DNA of 63,887 bases, filler included, from Neoconidiobolus thromboides FSU 785 (lineage: Eukaryota > Fungi > Entomophthoromycota), in NCBI GenBank assembly GCA_025603075.1. It is 6 parts of 6 records of this genome, joined end to end, with 100 filler letters (N's around TTAATTAATTAA, not from the genome) between each part and the next. Parts side by side here need not be neighbours in the genome. Positions count along the whole stretch, not along the records: positions 33,131 to 38,629 come from MU626747.1; positions 38,730 to 51,391 come from MU626631.1; 4 more parts are not named here. One strand, 5' to 3'. Below are positions 36,410-48,118 of the stretch, one piece after another. The first letter of the stretch is position 1, and each line of letters starts with the position of its first letter. The notes under the pieces were generated by a model, which was not told the DNA's origin, did no database searches, and saw nothing but the letters and a program-made list of their open reading frames with translations. A program made the position numbers and the translations under genes.

Positions 36410-37420
36410 TGATGCTTCAATCCCAATAAAAAGGCATATTAAATAGTTGGAATACACATAAGAGCATAAGCAAATTAAATAAAACCTGGGTATAACTCTA
36501 TTACCTATTGGTTAAAATTTAACTATTACTAGGTATAAGCTTATCGTCATACTAAATACCATTAATAGCACTTGAACACGGAGCTTATAAATAAAAACTT
36601 TGATCATCGTTTTATATTTATAATAAAACTCCTTCCCTAATGATGCCTAGTATTATCTTTTATCTAAAACTCGGTTGCTAATTCGTAGCCATCTAAAGTA
36701 CTTGAAATTTGACTTCTACAAAACAAATTTCAGGTTAAATAAAGAATGCTATTAAATCCTGTATTTTTGATCTAAAATCATAGGAATTCAGCTTAATAAA
36801 ATTATATCTAAACAATCAAAGAGCATCAAAATAAAATAAATGGTCGCTGCTTTTCCTATTCAAAACTTAAAACCTTTTAATAAAACCAAAAGTGCTCTTT
36901 TGCTAAAATTAAGTTCCAGTTACTCATTAGTGAAAAATAGTGTAAAGGTATTAGGGTTAAGGATGAAAAAGAGCCATGCCATTTCAACGTATACAAAGCC
37001 CATTTGATTTTATTGTGGATTCGATTCATAGTTATGAAATTGCCACTTTCTCATATCATTGATTACAACAATTTAGTTTCAAGTTTACCATGGTTCTAAA
37101 TGTGCTCAGAAATATAACCTAAGATTAAAATAGGAGTAGACCAACGGTATGAATAGTTCAATATCTTATATTTAAATAACTGCATCAAAGTCATTAAAGT
37201 TAATAGAGCTATATTTCACCAACTTTTTATTCCTAAAAATTCATAAACAGTAATATTTGCTAAAATTGTCATTAAATTTTGTTAATTTACTTTACAGCAT
37301 TAGAATAGTTAATATAAGTAAATTTTGAATTATATTACAAAATTTGATTATGAAGTAATTTCTGTCAATAGAAATTATTAGAAATAATACATTATTTGTA
37401 TTGATAGCACAAGGTAGACA
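36410..37420 (-). pseudogene. Possible highly decayed 7TM/GPCR-like gene
   Basis: Fragment LFLIISIDRNYFII (DRY-like) and other hydrophobic fragments, with many stops. Confidence 0.25.
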
Positions 37421-37523
37421 AAAAGGCTAAATTGAGGTTATTTTAGTTAATATTACGAGCCTTTTTTTCAATCAGACCTATGTTTTACTTTTTAATCTGA
37501 ATGATTCTTCAAAATTGTTATAT

Positions 37524-37623
37524 GGTGGCGATATTTTTTTAGCTTCATCACTTTTTCCATCTTTTAAGTGTTATTTGAGCAGAAAAATTGGTAGTAAAAT
37601 TCTTAAACACAAAATACATCCTC
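37524..37623 (+). mobile_element. MITE family 1 copy
   Basis: TSD ATAT/ATAT. Confidence 0.9.
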
Positions 37624-37692
37624 ATATTATCATTTTATTTTTTTAATAATTAACCTATGCCATATATCATTAACATAAGCTTTCCATAATAT

Positions 37693-37790
37693 GGGGATGT
37701 TTCTTTCAGTTTCATTACTTTTCCATTTTTTAAGCACTATTTGAGTAGAAAAATTACTAGTAAAATCCTTAAGCAAAAAAACACATCCCC
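37693..37790 (+). mobile_element. MITE family 1 copy
   Basis: TSD ATAT/ATAT; intact GGGG/CCCC ends. Confidence 0.93.
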
Positions 37791-38053
37791 ATATAGACAA
37801 TAAAATATAGACAAATGGTTATGTTTTAATACAAACTAATTTCTTTATTTAACCTTTATCTTTTTTTAATATCCTTTTATTATGATTTTAAATTTAGCTT
37901 TTTACTTTTTATTTTACTTCCTTTATTTATAATAAATACTATATTATTATTTAACTTTGTATTGTTTTATTATATTAATAAATTTACTCATTATGGATTG
38001 ACTATATTATATATAATATTCTTTTTTATAACGAACGCTATTCTTTATTATAT

Positions 38054-38148
38054 AGGGGTGTTTTTTTGGTTTCCTTACTTTTCTGTTTCTTAAGTGCTAT
38101 TTGGGTGGAAAAATGGTTGGTAGAAATCTTTAAAAAAAACACATCCTT
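38054..38148 (+). mobile_element. MITE family 1 copy
   Basis: TSD ATAT/ATAT. Confidence 0.88.
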
Positions 38149-38186
38149 ATATAAGGGTTAGAAGCTAATAAAATCACATCTATAAT

Positions 38187-38261
38187 AAGAATTTTTTTGT
38201 TTCATCACTTTCTCTATATTTCAAGCGCTATTTGAGTAAAAAATTCTTAAAAGACATCTCC
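38187..38261 (+). mobile_element. MITE family 1, internally deleted copy
   Basis: TTTCATCACTTTCTCTATATTTCAAGCGCTATTTGAG...GACATCTCC. Confidence 0.75.
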
Positions 38262-38334
38262 AAATGAATTAAATCATTAATTTTATTGTAATTACAAATT
38301 TGATTTAATTGTTATTATTTTTAAAGCTGTCAGA

Positions 38335-38629
38335 TGGCACACATCTCCATGTCAAGCTCTGGAATATGAACTGACAAGATCATCAACTTTTACTATAACA
38401 TGAAGTTAAAGTAAACCCTTCCCTCTTTAGAGACCGTGCTAACCATCATCAACCAACCTTATGAAGTTTTCAATGTTGTTAAACATTGTTACGAAATATA
38501 CTAAACATGTGATCCTGTAAAGTACAGTCGATAAGGTTTATTAAAGAAGGTGCATGGTAGCTTATATATCCCTTAATTTTAGAGCTTATGGGATCATGTT
38601 TCAACTGAACTTTTGAAGCCAATCAATAT
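38335..38629 (+). mobile_element. Possible decayed Ty3/gypsy integrase zinc-binding fragment
   Basis: GI*TDKIINFYYNM..VKHC..TC..SR*GLL..IP..LWDHVSTE resembles the H-H-C-C / GLL.PL.IP..PW..VS.DF pattern; many stops. Confidence 0.3.
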
Positions 38630-38729
38630 NNNNNNNNNNNNNNNNNNNNNNNNNNNNNNNNNNNNNNNNNNNNTTAATTAATTAANNNNNNNNNNNNNNN
38701 NNNNNNNNNNNNNNNNNNNNNNNNNNNNN
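38630..38729. other. Artificial contig spacer
   Basis: 44 N + TTAATTAATTAA + 44 N. Confidence 0.97.
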
Positions 38730-39850
38730 AATGGACTTTCGTTCCTTAGTTTCCGTATTCCAGGACACAAGTTTACTTTAATTGAAGCCGATGGTACTAT
38801 TATTGAACCTGTTGAAGTTGATCATGTTGAAATGACTCCTGGACAAAGATATTCTGTTATTATGGAAACTAATCAACAAGTTGATAATTATTATGCTTAT
38901 ACTCAGGTTACTGGTGGTTCTGTAACCCCTAACAATGGTGTTGCTATCCTTCACTATGATGGTGCTGAAAGTGCTGATGCATTAAAAAGAATATCAACTA
39001 CTCCACCAACTCCTACTGGACCATTCAATCGTTGGGTAGAATCCCAACTATTCACATCAAAATGGTATAACAAAGGACTCAGCTCTCATTATTATCCAGT
39101 TCCTAAAAAGGCAACCAAAGAAATTATATTAAATGTAATACCATCAACTACACCTGAAGGAAATTCAATCTATACTATTAACGATGTTGTTGCAAAGCCA
39201 AGGAATTCAACTATATGGGACAATGTTGTTGCTGGACGCCACAAGCCTACTCCAGGCATCTATGAAATCACTGAAGGTGATGATGTTCAGATTGTATTGC
39301 AACATTATATGCCTGCTGGACGTGCTTGTGCAACACATCCATGGCATTTACATGGTCACTCTTTCTTCGTTGTAGGACATGGATCTGATGTATATAACCC
39401 AGAAGTTGATAGAAAAGCTAATGATACTGAATTAGCTTCATCTGATAAAACCCCGTTATATGGTAATGTATTTTTGTGTTTAAGAATTTTACTAACAATT
39501 TTTCCACTTGATAGTGCTTAAAAGATCGAAAAAGTAATGAACCCAAAAAGAACACTCCCATATAGAGATACTTCTACCTAATATGTAAATAATATTACAA
39601 ACGCTACCAAATCTTCTATTCATTAGTTGTCCGATATATTTGGCGTTAAAATTAATAATCAAAATTCAAATGAGGATTTAAAATATTACAAGTTCTCGTG
39701 TAGTTAAAGATGGAGTAGGTACCATGTAATTGATATGCTATTCGTTTTAAGTCTGATGACTTTGCCTCTTGGTATGTACATTGTCATATTACCACAAATA
39801 TATTTATGATTAAACAAGTTATTGTTAATGAATCACTTAAAAATCAATAA
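38730..39850 (+). pseudogene. Multicopper oxidase (laccase/ascorbate-oxidase-like), C-terminal half; MITE-disrupted and decayed
   Basis: LIEADG, PGQRYSV and HPWHLHGHSF. After the MITE: RDTST*, then *YAIRFKSDDFASWYVHCHITTNIFM, with the second copper-ligand His lost. Confidence 0.85.
39462..39559 (-). mobile_element. MITE family 1 copy inserted in the MCO coding sequence
   Basis: TSD ATAT/ATAT; excision gives KTPLYRDT. Confidence 0.93.
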
Positions 39851-40309
39851 ACCAAATATTTTTGTTCTTTAATCAAAATAAAATTTTATAGATTTTCAAA
39901 TTATTTTTTATTCTTTAGTTGAATATAAATTATTTGGTTTTTTTCATCAGCTTATAGAAAACAATATTTATCGAATATCATATACACGTTATACTCATAC
40001 ATCATTGTATGTATAGTAAATACTTTAGATATTATATGTAGAAACTAATACAAGCATTTTTAATAAAACAAGAATGAGTATTAATCAACTATAATCATCT
40101 ATTTTGTTTAGACCTTATCTAAAAAAAGGATGGACAACTAATAAGTAACCATAATTTCAATAAAAGAGCTAATAAACACAGGTATTAACTTAAATAGTTT
40201 ACCTTTACCTTCCAACAATTCATTTTGTTTAAATTATTCCAAATAGGATATTTTTTATTATACGAGTAATAGTACTATCTCAACACTTTTTGATTACTCA
40301 TTCCAAAAA

Positions 40310-41100
40310 TGATATGATTTATTAAAGACAATAAAAATCCAAGATGAAGTAAAACTGAAGTTTGTTTAACAGAAAAGAAGTATAGACAGAGGGTTAGAAG
40401 AAAGATTTAAAAAATGGAAAACGTTTAAAATAGAGCCATCAAAGGTCAATCCAAATTTTAGTGAGACTCTAGTTGCTTTTTATTGGGTTTAGTCTTATGG
40501 AAGGGATACTTGATCTCCTCTACAAGGAGATCTTTCATTCTACCATTATGACTTTGAAAGAAGGCAATATCGCAATTGAACTATAATGCATATATATTGT
40601 TATTTTAAATTTTATTTAAAAAATTAGACCTTAGTGTGCTACGTAATTTGCGATAGAATTTAAATAATAGAAATATGAAATTTCATACCAAACAAAGTGA
40701 AATTTCTATACTTAATAATTAATATATAAGCTTATGGTGATGTGTTTTTAAGAATTTTACTAACAGTTTTTCCGCTCAAGTAGTGCCTAAAAAAAGGAAA
40801 AAGTGATGAGACTAAAAAAACACCCCTTTATTTTTTTGAGAAAAAATTCTTGAAAGAGCGAAGTCCCCAAATGGATATTTTATTAAATAAGAAAATTGAA
40901 CAAAAGAATGAAGAGTCCATAGAAGAAGGATCTCAGAGTCTTTCTTATTATAGCTCAACCTTGATACTTTGAAACTGAAGCCATCACCCCAAGCAATGTG
41001 TCATTCTATAAAAAGATATAAAGTGAAGAGATTTATAGGTTTATCAACAAACGAAAGCTTGGAATGATGCCTACAAATAGATTAAGGAGTAGACAGGGAG
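40310..41100 (+). mobile_element. Possible ancient Tc1/IS630-like transposase remnant
   Basis: Fragments QDEVKL..EERFKK..TFK..FYWV*SYGR and a degenerate AQ.PDL..IE-like stretch; very decayed. Confidence 0.25.
40736..40827 (-). mobile_element. MITE family 1 copy
   Basis: TSD TTAT/TTAT. Confidence 0.88.
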
Positions 41101-42162
41101 AATGTGTAAGCTTGTTTAAATAAAAAAAGCTTTGAATAAAATAATAAAATAGTATAAATTAAATAAACTATCTATTTTAACACAAGAATTTCTATATTTC
41201 TTTATTTCACGAGTTTTTACTGACCCAAATTAAAAAAATATTCTCAAATAATGAAAAAAAGATATTTCCATATTTAGTAATAAAAAAATTAATTGAAGTA
41301 TCATTTTTACTCCTTGCCTAATTTAATCCTTTAGCTAATTAAAGTATGCTTTCCATAGCATAAAATGTATTACTTATGATATTGAGAAGTTACAAATTAT
41401 TAATGTATCTTATTGAATTCAAAAATAATTCTCATATTAATGTATTAAGTTTGTTGCTACTACTTCAACAATCGTAGTTAAACTTTGAGTTATTTTTAGA
41501 AAATAAATAAAAATTATTGTTGGTATAGTTACTATATTCGAGTTTGGAAAAATTTATTGAGAAAAACTTCTTTTAGTATCTGCCACTAGGGTTTGAAAAT
41601 TTTAAGTTACTTCCTTATAGTGTCATTAGGTATAGAGTAATTGCTATAAACCAGTTTTTGACCTTTAATACAGGAACTTTATAGAAGCATATAACAGGCT
41701 AAAACCATTATTAACAAGATACTTTTTTTAAAATATATAGTTGTTAAGAAAGTAACCTGGATAAATTTAAAATTAAAATTCTATAAAATTATGATAGATA
41801 AGGCTAATAGATTTAAGCTTACTTATCCTACCAATACATTATGTTTGACTAATAGATAAAGATGATGTCGTTACTATATAACTTTTTAAATTAATAAAGC
41901 GTTTCTAATTTATTGTATAATTAATTGATATAATTAATTGCTAAATTAATCAACTAATTTCACTTAATGATTTAATTCTAGATATTGGCTTAGTTTACCT
42001 TATTTAGATAATAGCAAGTAAAAGGGTTTAATATATTAAAATCAAATATATAGTTTATTAGTTTATTAGTTTATTAGTAACATATAACAAATTTATCAAG
42101 AAGTATTTATTTATATCTAAGTTAGAAGTGAGATGAAGCGTTTAATAAGCTAATAATAAAAA

Positions 42163-42696
42163 TTAAGACAATAAATTATCTAAAGAAAGACTTGACCTCT
42201 TCTCAGAAGAAGATGAAGTATTTGATTGTAATTGGTTAGTAGTTGGATAGTTAGTAAAAAAAGAGATATCATTAGCTATATAAGCAATATTTCTAGTTAA
42301 GTTTTCTGGAGATGAACTCATAACTAGCTGGTTGCTATTTGAATATCTAATGTTATCATTTAGTAAATTAGAAATCGGTATTACATCGCCACGATTTGGA
42401 ATATAGTCTTCTCTCATTTCATTTAATTCTAAATCGCTTCGTCTTCTCCTATGTTTTGATTTAGCTCTTCTATTTTGGAACCAAACCTGTACTGCTCTAG
42501 GACTTAACTTAATTGTTTCAGATATTTTACTTCTAGCATGTACATCTGGTTTAGGGTCGGTATGGTAATATTCTTCTAAATATTTTATTTGCTCTGGAGA
42601 ATGTCTTGCTTTCTTATCAGGATCATACACCATGATTTTAGCTTCTGAGGATGAAGATGTCGATGTAGCGTAATGTTTAGCTCTAGTAAAATCCAT
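42163..42696 (-). CDS. Homeodomain transcription factor A, intronless
   Basis: KKARHSPEQIKYLEEYY..KPD..SPRAVQVWFQNRRAKSK. Confidence 0.92.
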   Translation of the reverse strand: MDFTRAKHYATSTSSSSEAKIMVYDPDKKARHSPEQIKYLEEYYHTDPKPDVHARSKISETIKLSPRAVQVWFQNRRAKSKHRRRRSDLELNEMREDYIPNRGDVIPISNLLNDNIRYSNSNQLVMSSSPENLTRNIAYIANDISFFTNYPTTNQLQSNTSSSSEKRSSLSLDNLLS

Positions 42697-43399
42697 TATT
42701 GTTTAATTTTAAAATAGTTCATGATCAAATATTTTTATTTGCTTTATATACCAAAATCTGAATATTGTTGAAATTTTTTTGTTCTTAACCATTTATAATG
42801 AAATATTATTTGTAACATCTAATTTTATTAAAGTACTTAAATTAATTATGACATATTAGTAAGACGATTACCTTGGCTTTGAAAAACTATTGTTAAAATT
42901 TTTGCTACTTACTAATTAATCAACTATTAATTAAAAAGACTTTATAAAGATACTTGAGCTAACTGGAATAGACGGGAAATTGCTGCTTTATTGCTCCATT
43001 ACTTTCACATCTCAAAAAGGTAGTCTCAATTTTCTTATGCTTTTATTTCGCCTTTTTTACCTTAAAAAAGCTGATTAACTCTCAGTTTGAAGCATATAGT
43101 TATCATTTAGGTAAATATAAATTCAATCTATTATTTAATAAACAATAGTATCAAATTCATTGTATTACAATGTATTATGAATTGCCTTTTAATTTGCTGT
43201 ACTTCAAAGCTGAGATAGTTGCTTATTATAAAAATTGAAAAAGATTAAAAATAATGTTATTTTTTCATTCGCACACCTTTTAGGAACTTTCAAGTTTTAC
43301 AGCATAAAATTGCTTATAAAGTTTTATAGCTGTGCTTAAATTTCACTAAAAATATATCCAATATATCCAATATATCCTACTTCCATATAGATTACATAT

Positions 43400-43497
43400 G
43401 GGAGTGTTTTTTTTGACTTCATTATTTTTCTATTTTTTAAGCGCTATTTAAGCGGGAAATTTGTTAGTAAAATTCCTAAACACAAAAATACATCCCC
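43400..43497 (+). mobile_element. MITE family 1 copy (GGGAGTG subfamily)
   Basis: TSD ATAT/ATAT. Confidence 0.93.
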
Positions 43498-43543
43498 ATA
43501 TATTGAATTAAATTTAAAGAAAGCTTGAAACAAATCAGTATTT

Positions 43544-43640
43544 GGGGATGTTTTTTGGTTTCATTATTCTTTCCATCTTTTAAGCGCTATTTGAGTAAAA
43601 AAATTGTTAGTAAAATTCTTAAATACAAAAATACATCCCC
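43544..43640 (+). mobile_element. MITE family 1 copy
   Basis: TSD ATTT/ATTT. Confidence 0.94.
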
Positions 43641-44912
43641 ATTTATTATTTTTAATGCTCTTAAACCTTTAAGTCAACCTTATTTTATACCATACTTTTG
43701 TGACTTATAATTAAAATAGTATTTTTTCATATTCCTGTATGTTTTAATAATAGTATAGCTTTAACAGTCTAGTTTTTCCTTTAGGAGTAGTTCCTAGATT
43801 GAAAACTAGCAGTATATTCGCAGAAAATTTTATTGCCTATTTTTACTTAATCCTTTCATAAAGATCAAAAATCTAAAACATTATAATAAATCTATTATAT
43901 ATATCCGTACTTTATAAAAAACGGAATTAAGCTATTTGAAACCAGTTTGATATCAGTGAACTTTTGAGGTTTGAAACAGATAAATTGATATAATAGTCTA
44001 AAGTTTTAAAAAATCCTGAATGAACTTATATTGCTAATTGATTCCTATTAGTAAAATAAAACCAAAGTAGCTGAAATATTGTAGTGATATGAAGATAAAA
44101 AGTCAAGGTATAAAAGACAATAAGATTAGATTACCTTTAATAAACGAAAAAATTCGGAAAATTACAGGCAAATGAATTGTTGTATACTTTTCAACTAATA
44201 TAGATACTATTTATGTTGTCAATTTGTTATCCGTAATATGCATTTTATACATTTATAGTGACTTAATTACTAGCTAATTTCACCGTTTAATTGGGTTTTA
44301 ATATAAAATTAAAAATAGATTTTCTTTATAAAGTTTTATAATACGGCATTATGAAATTTTGAGTACATTTGGAACAAGAGACCCTCATTTTTATACTTTT
44401 ATAGTTATAAAGCAAAACTATTGGATCACCTTTAGCTGGAATAATCAATTCTTTATATGATTTTTAGGGATAATAGAAGCATTACCAACTTATTATTTTA
44501 AAACTAATAATGTTTAGCTTACAATAATGGTACAATTTTTTAAATCTTTATACAAATAAATAAATTAAAAATGTATTACAAAAAATGATCCTGGAATATA
44601 CTAGATTTAGCATATACATTTATCTGGAGCTAGTTTTTAGCCATGATAAAGTGGTATGACAAGAAATAAAATGATAAATTCTTATTATAAATACGCAAAA
44701 ATAAATACGATATGTAAGGAAAGTAACAATTCTCTTAAAATGCAATTTTCCTAAAGTGGCAAATATAACTAAGCTTATTTATCAGTTGCTTATAGGATGG
44801 TAATTCCGAATAGTATATAAAGTAATACCCAATCTCTTTTCTTTACTTTTATTTTATTTAATAAACAGCATCCTATTTGTTTTTAATACCTATTCAAATA
44901 TAACTATATAGT

Positions 44913-45392
44913 ATGATGAAGTTTAAAATGTATAGTCCAGGAAAAAAATTGCGCCATTCTCCGGAGCAAATAAAGCATTTAGAGTCTTTTTATGAATGCA
45001 ACCCAAAACCAAACCCAGCAACTATAGCAAATATATCATCTATTACCAAATTGCAGGTTAGATCAGTTCAAATATGGTTCCAAAATCGTCGAGCAAAAGC
45101 CAAAAACGACAATGAGAATAAAGACAAAAACAAGGAACAAACTTCTAAAAATGAAATAGTTAAAAGGAAGCGTGTTTTTTCAGTGGATGATCTACTTGCC
45201 AAAGATGACTATGAAACGAATAAGCAGAAGGATATGAGGAGAGATTCAACGCATAGCCTATCATCAGATGATAATAATAATCAAATTGTAAATAGTAACT
45301 TGAAATGCAATTTTTCTGAAAATGATTCTTCAAAGACCGAGAATTTAGTATATGTCAAGACGCATTGCTCCATAGATTTTTTACTTAGCTAA
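44913..45392 (+). CDS. Homeodomain transcription factor B, intronless
   Basis: KKLRHSPEQIKHLESFY..KPN..QVRSVQIWFQNRRAKAK. Confidence 0.92.
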   Translation: MMKFKMYSPGKKLRHSPEQIKHLESFYECNPKPNPATIANISSITKLQVRSVQIWFQNRRAKAKNDNENKDKNKEQTSKNEIVKRKRVFSVDDLLAKDDYETNKQKDMRRDSTHSLSSDDNNNQIVNSNLKCNFSENDSSKTENLVYVKTHCSIDFLLS

Positions 45393-45451
45393 ATCCTGTT
45401 TTATTATGGAAGCTGAACCATATAATAAATTATTTTTTTGAATTATTTTGC

Positions 45452-45505
<54 letters not shown>
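45452..45505 (+). repeat. (TAT)n microsatellite, about 18 units
   Basis: Read directly. Confidence 0.95.
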
Positions 45506-45506
<1 letters not shown>

Positions 45507-46698
45507 TTAAAGTTTGATAAATTACCATGAACCTAAAATTTAAATATACGAATTAAAGAGGGATTTGAAAGAAACCATAAAATAAAATATACGATATCAA
45601 GGAAAATTAAAATAAATTAAATATAATTCAACCATTTCGGTAAGTGTTTCAACCTTTTGATCCATCTATTATAAAGTAATTGAACTAAAAAAAGTTACAT
45701 CTATTTTTAACCCTTAAAACTGGGCGCTTACTATAAAAAGCATATATCCCACCTTAACACTAAATCATCCTTTTAAGTGCAAATGATTTATGAAAATTGC
45801 CAAATCCCTTTAAAAAATAGCATGATCAAAGCACCTTCAATGACTTAGTAAGGTCAACACAAATATAATCTAGTTTAATATCACTTGAATTAAACTTCAA
45901 GATAAAATTAAAACGTTTATTTAAACCCTTTACACTTTGATATTATCCTTCGGTATATTTTGCTATATTAAAAATATTTCTAGAATCATCTCGCTTAAAA
46001 GCGAACCTCAATGAAGTAAAAACATTTATTTAAAGGAAATTTTTAACCAAAGCTCATTATACAGTTAATTAAAGTAAACATAGATATATGTTTTAATATT
46101 GTTTTTTCATTGATTTTATTGAAAAAATAATATCAATAAATAGATTGTTTGAATTATAATAAATAACGGTTAAAGTATTTTAAATAAAAATTACACTGCA
46201 TCAAAATTAAAAGCTGTAATTATTTGAAATTACGTTTAAATGTATATCGGATAAAAACACAATGACTTTTGAATAATTTGATAAGTATTTTAAAACTGAA
46301 ACCTATTATATAATGTAAACTAATTTTATTTGAGGTTTTTTATATAAATATAATTTATTTTTAATAGATAATAAATTTTAATAAGTAATAAATTTTAGTG
46401 TTTGTTATTTTCATTAAACTAAGACTGCTTTTTTATAAAATTACATTTTTTATTATATATAATAAAATAATTTAATCATTAAAAAAATTAAGACATAAAA
46501 CTATAAAGTAAAAACAGTACAAATTTTTTAATTATCAAAAGCTTAAGTTAATTAAAAAAAGTTATACTTTGAAGCTATTAAACTTCTTTTTGTAAAATAC
46601 ATATAAATGTCGTAAACAGTATACAAAATAAAAAATACATCATTGCTATACTTTTTAATAAATATACTATTATATTTTAATAATTAAATTTATCATAT

Positions 46699-46797
46699 GG
46701 GGATGTATTTTTGTGTTTAAGAATTTTACTAACGAATTTTCCGCTTAAATAGTGCTTAAAAAATGGAAAAAATGATGAAGTCAAAAAAAACACTCCC
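46699..46797 (-). mobile_element. MITE family 1 copy (GGGAGTG subfamily)
   Basis: TSD ATAT/ATAT. Confidence 0.93.
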
Positions 46798-48118
46798 ATA
46801 TACTAAAAAAATAAAAAAATCGCTACGATAATTATTTGCATCTTAAGCTATGAATTTAGATCTATCTTCTAGTACATGTCTTAATTGCTTAATAAAAAAC
46901 GTGCACCGTTTTTAACTTAGCTTTAAATTTTGTTTTTGATATTACCAGAGTTTTTAATTTTTTAAATTACCAATTTTGTCAAAAATTATAAACTGATGAT
47001 GTTAAAAATAAAATTCAGTAAAGCTAAGCTGGTGGAAATGCTACATTCAAATAATAATATTTCTGTTTTTATAAATTTATTTTCTGCTATATTTAGCTAA
47101 TTCATGACTTTATACAGATACTGAAGCTATATTGTAAATTAAATTACAATATTTTTTTAGAGTCTGCTATTTATTAAATTAATTTTTTAATACTTGCTGG
47201 ATTTTAATAAAATATTAAGTTGCAAAAAGCTGTAGTAGTTGTAAAAAGCTGCAAATTAGTTAAATTAATTGAATTAACAGAGGAAAATTTATAAAAAATA
47301 GAGATATTCTATATGTTTAATTGTATAGAGTCATGCCCCTTTAAATTTTAAAACAATTGGACAAGTTAACTTTCTGATCTTAAAAACTCTATTAGTTATT
47401 TAGACAATTTAAACGTGCACGACTGGATTATATTTTATAAATGATTTAAATTAATTATACCAACTTTATTTTAGCTTTGCTATTCTATAGTACCTGGCTT
47501 TTTACATTTGAAATTAAATTATTAGGCACTTTATACATCTAAATAAATTTAATATTGTCATTAAAAAGAAAATAAAGTGATTATTTAAAAACTGCTGTAT
47601 TAGAAGTCAGTCTTGTATCTACTTTAGTAAACTTTAAAATATTAATAAAGCTTCTTAATAATGTGTTTGTTATTCCGATAATATATATATTTATTATAAG
47701 GTAATACACTTACTTAATATAAACATGTCTTTTTTATGAACTATTAAAAATTAACGACATACCTACTTTTTAGCATGTCTATTAAATCCATATGATTTTA
47801 AAGTGATAGGCCCACATGCCAAAAACTATAGGATGAATCAAATTTTGATAAAAATTTAGATTCTTACAATGTTAAAGTTTAGTTGTGTACAAGGCGTGAC
47901 AAAAGCTATCACTTCGAAATATAGAAAAAATAAGCAAAAAAGTCAATTTCTTATACTTTATTTGTATTAAATCAAAATTAATATCTATAGCACAGTACTA
48001 TATGACTTAAATAACAAACAAATAACTAAAAGTATAGATGAATACAGAGGAATCAAGAAATATATATAAGCCTGAAAATAGTTCAATAAAAAAAACAAAC
48101 TCAACAAAGTTTTTTAAT

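Noticed and set aside
37524-38261. CRISPR-like repeat-spacer array
   Set aside because: The repeats are ~97-bp TIR elements with individual TSDs, irregular spacing and dispersed copies. The DNA is eukaryotic and there are no cas genes.
35719-39375. Alternative-frame ORFs 35719-35904 and 39184-39375
   Set aside because: Overlap RPA49 and MCO exons in other frames with no independent evidence.
8631-39850. TGA read as Trp (alternative genetic code)
   Set aside because: TGA at Trp positions occurs only in pseudogenes that also carry TAA/TAG stops and frameshifts; intact genes use TGG.
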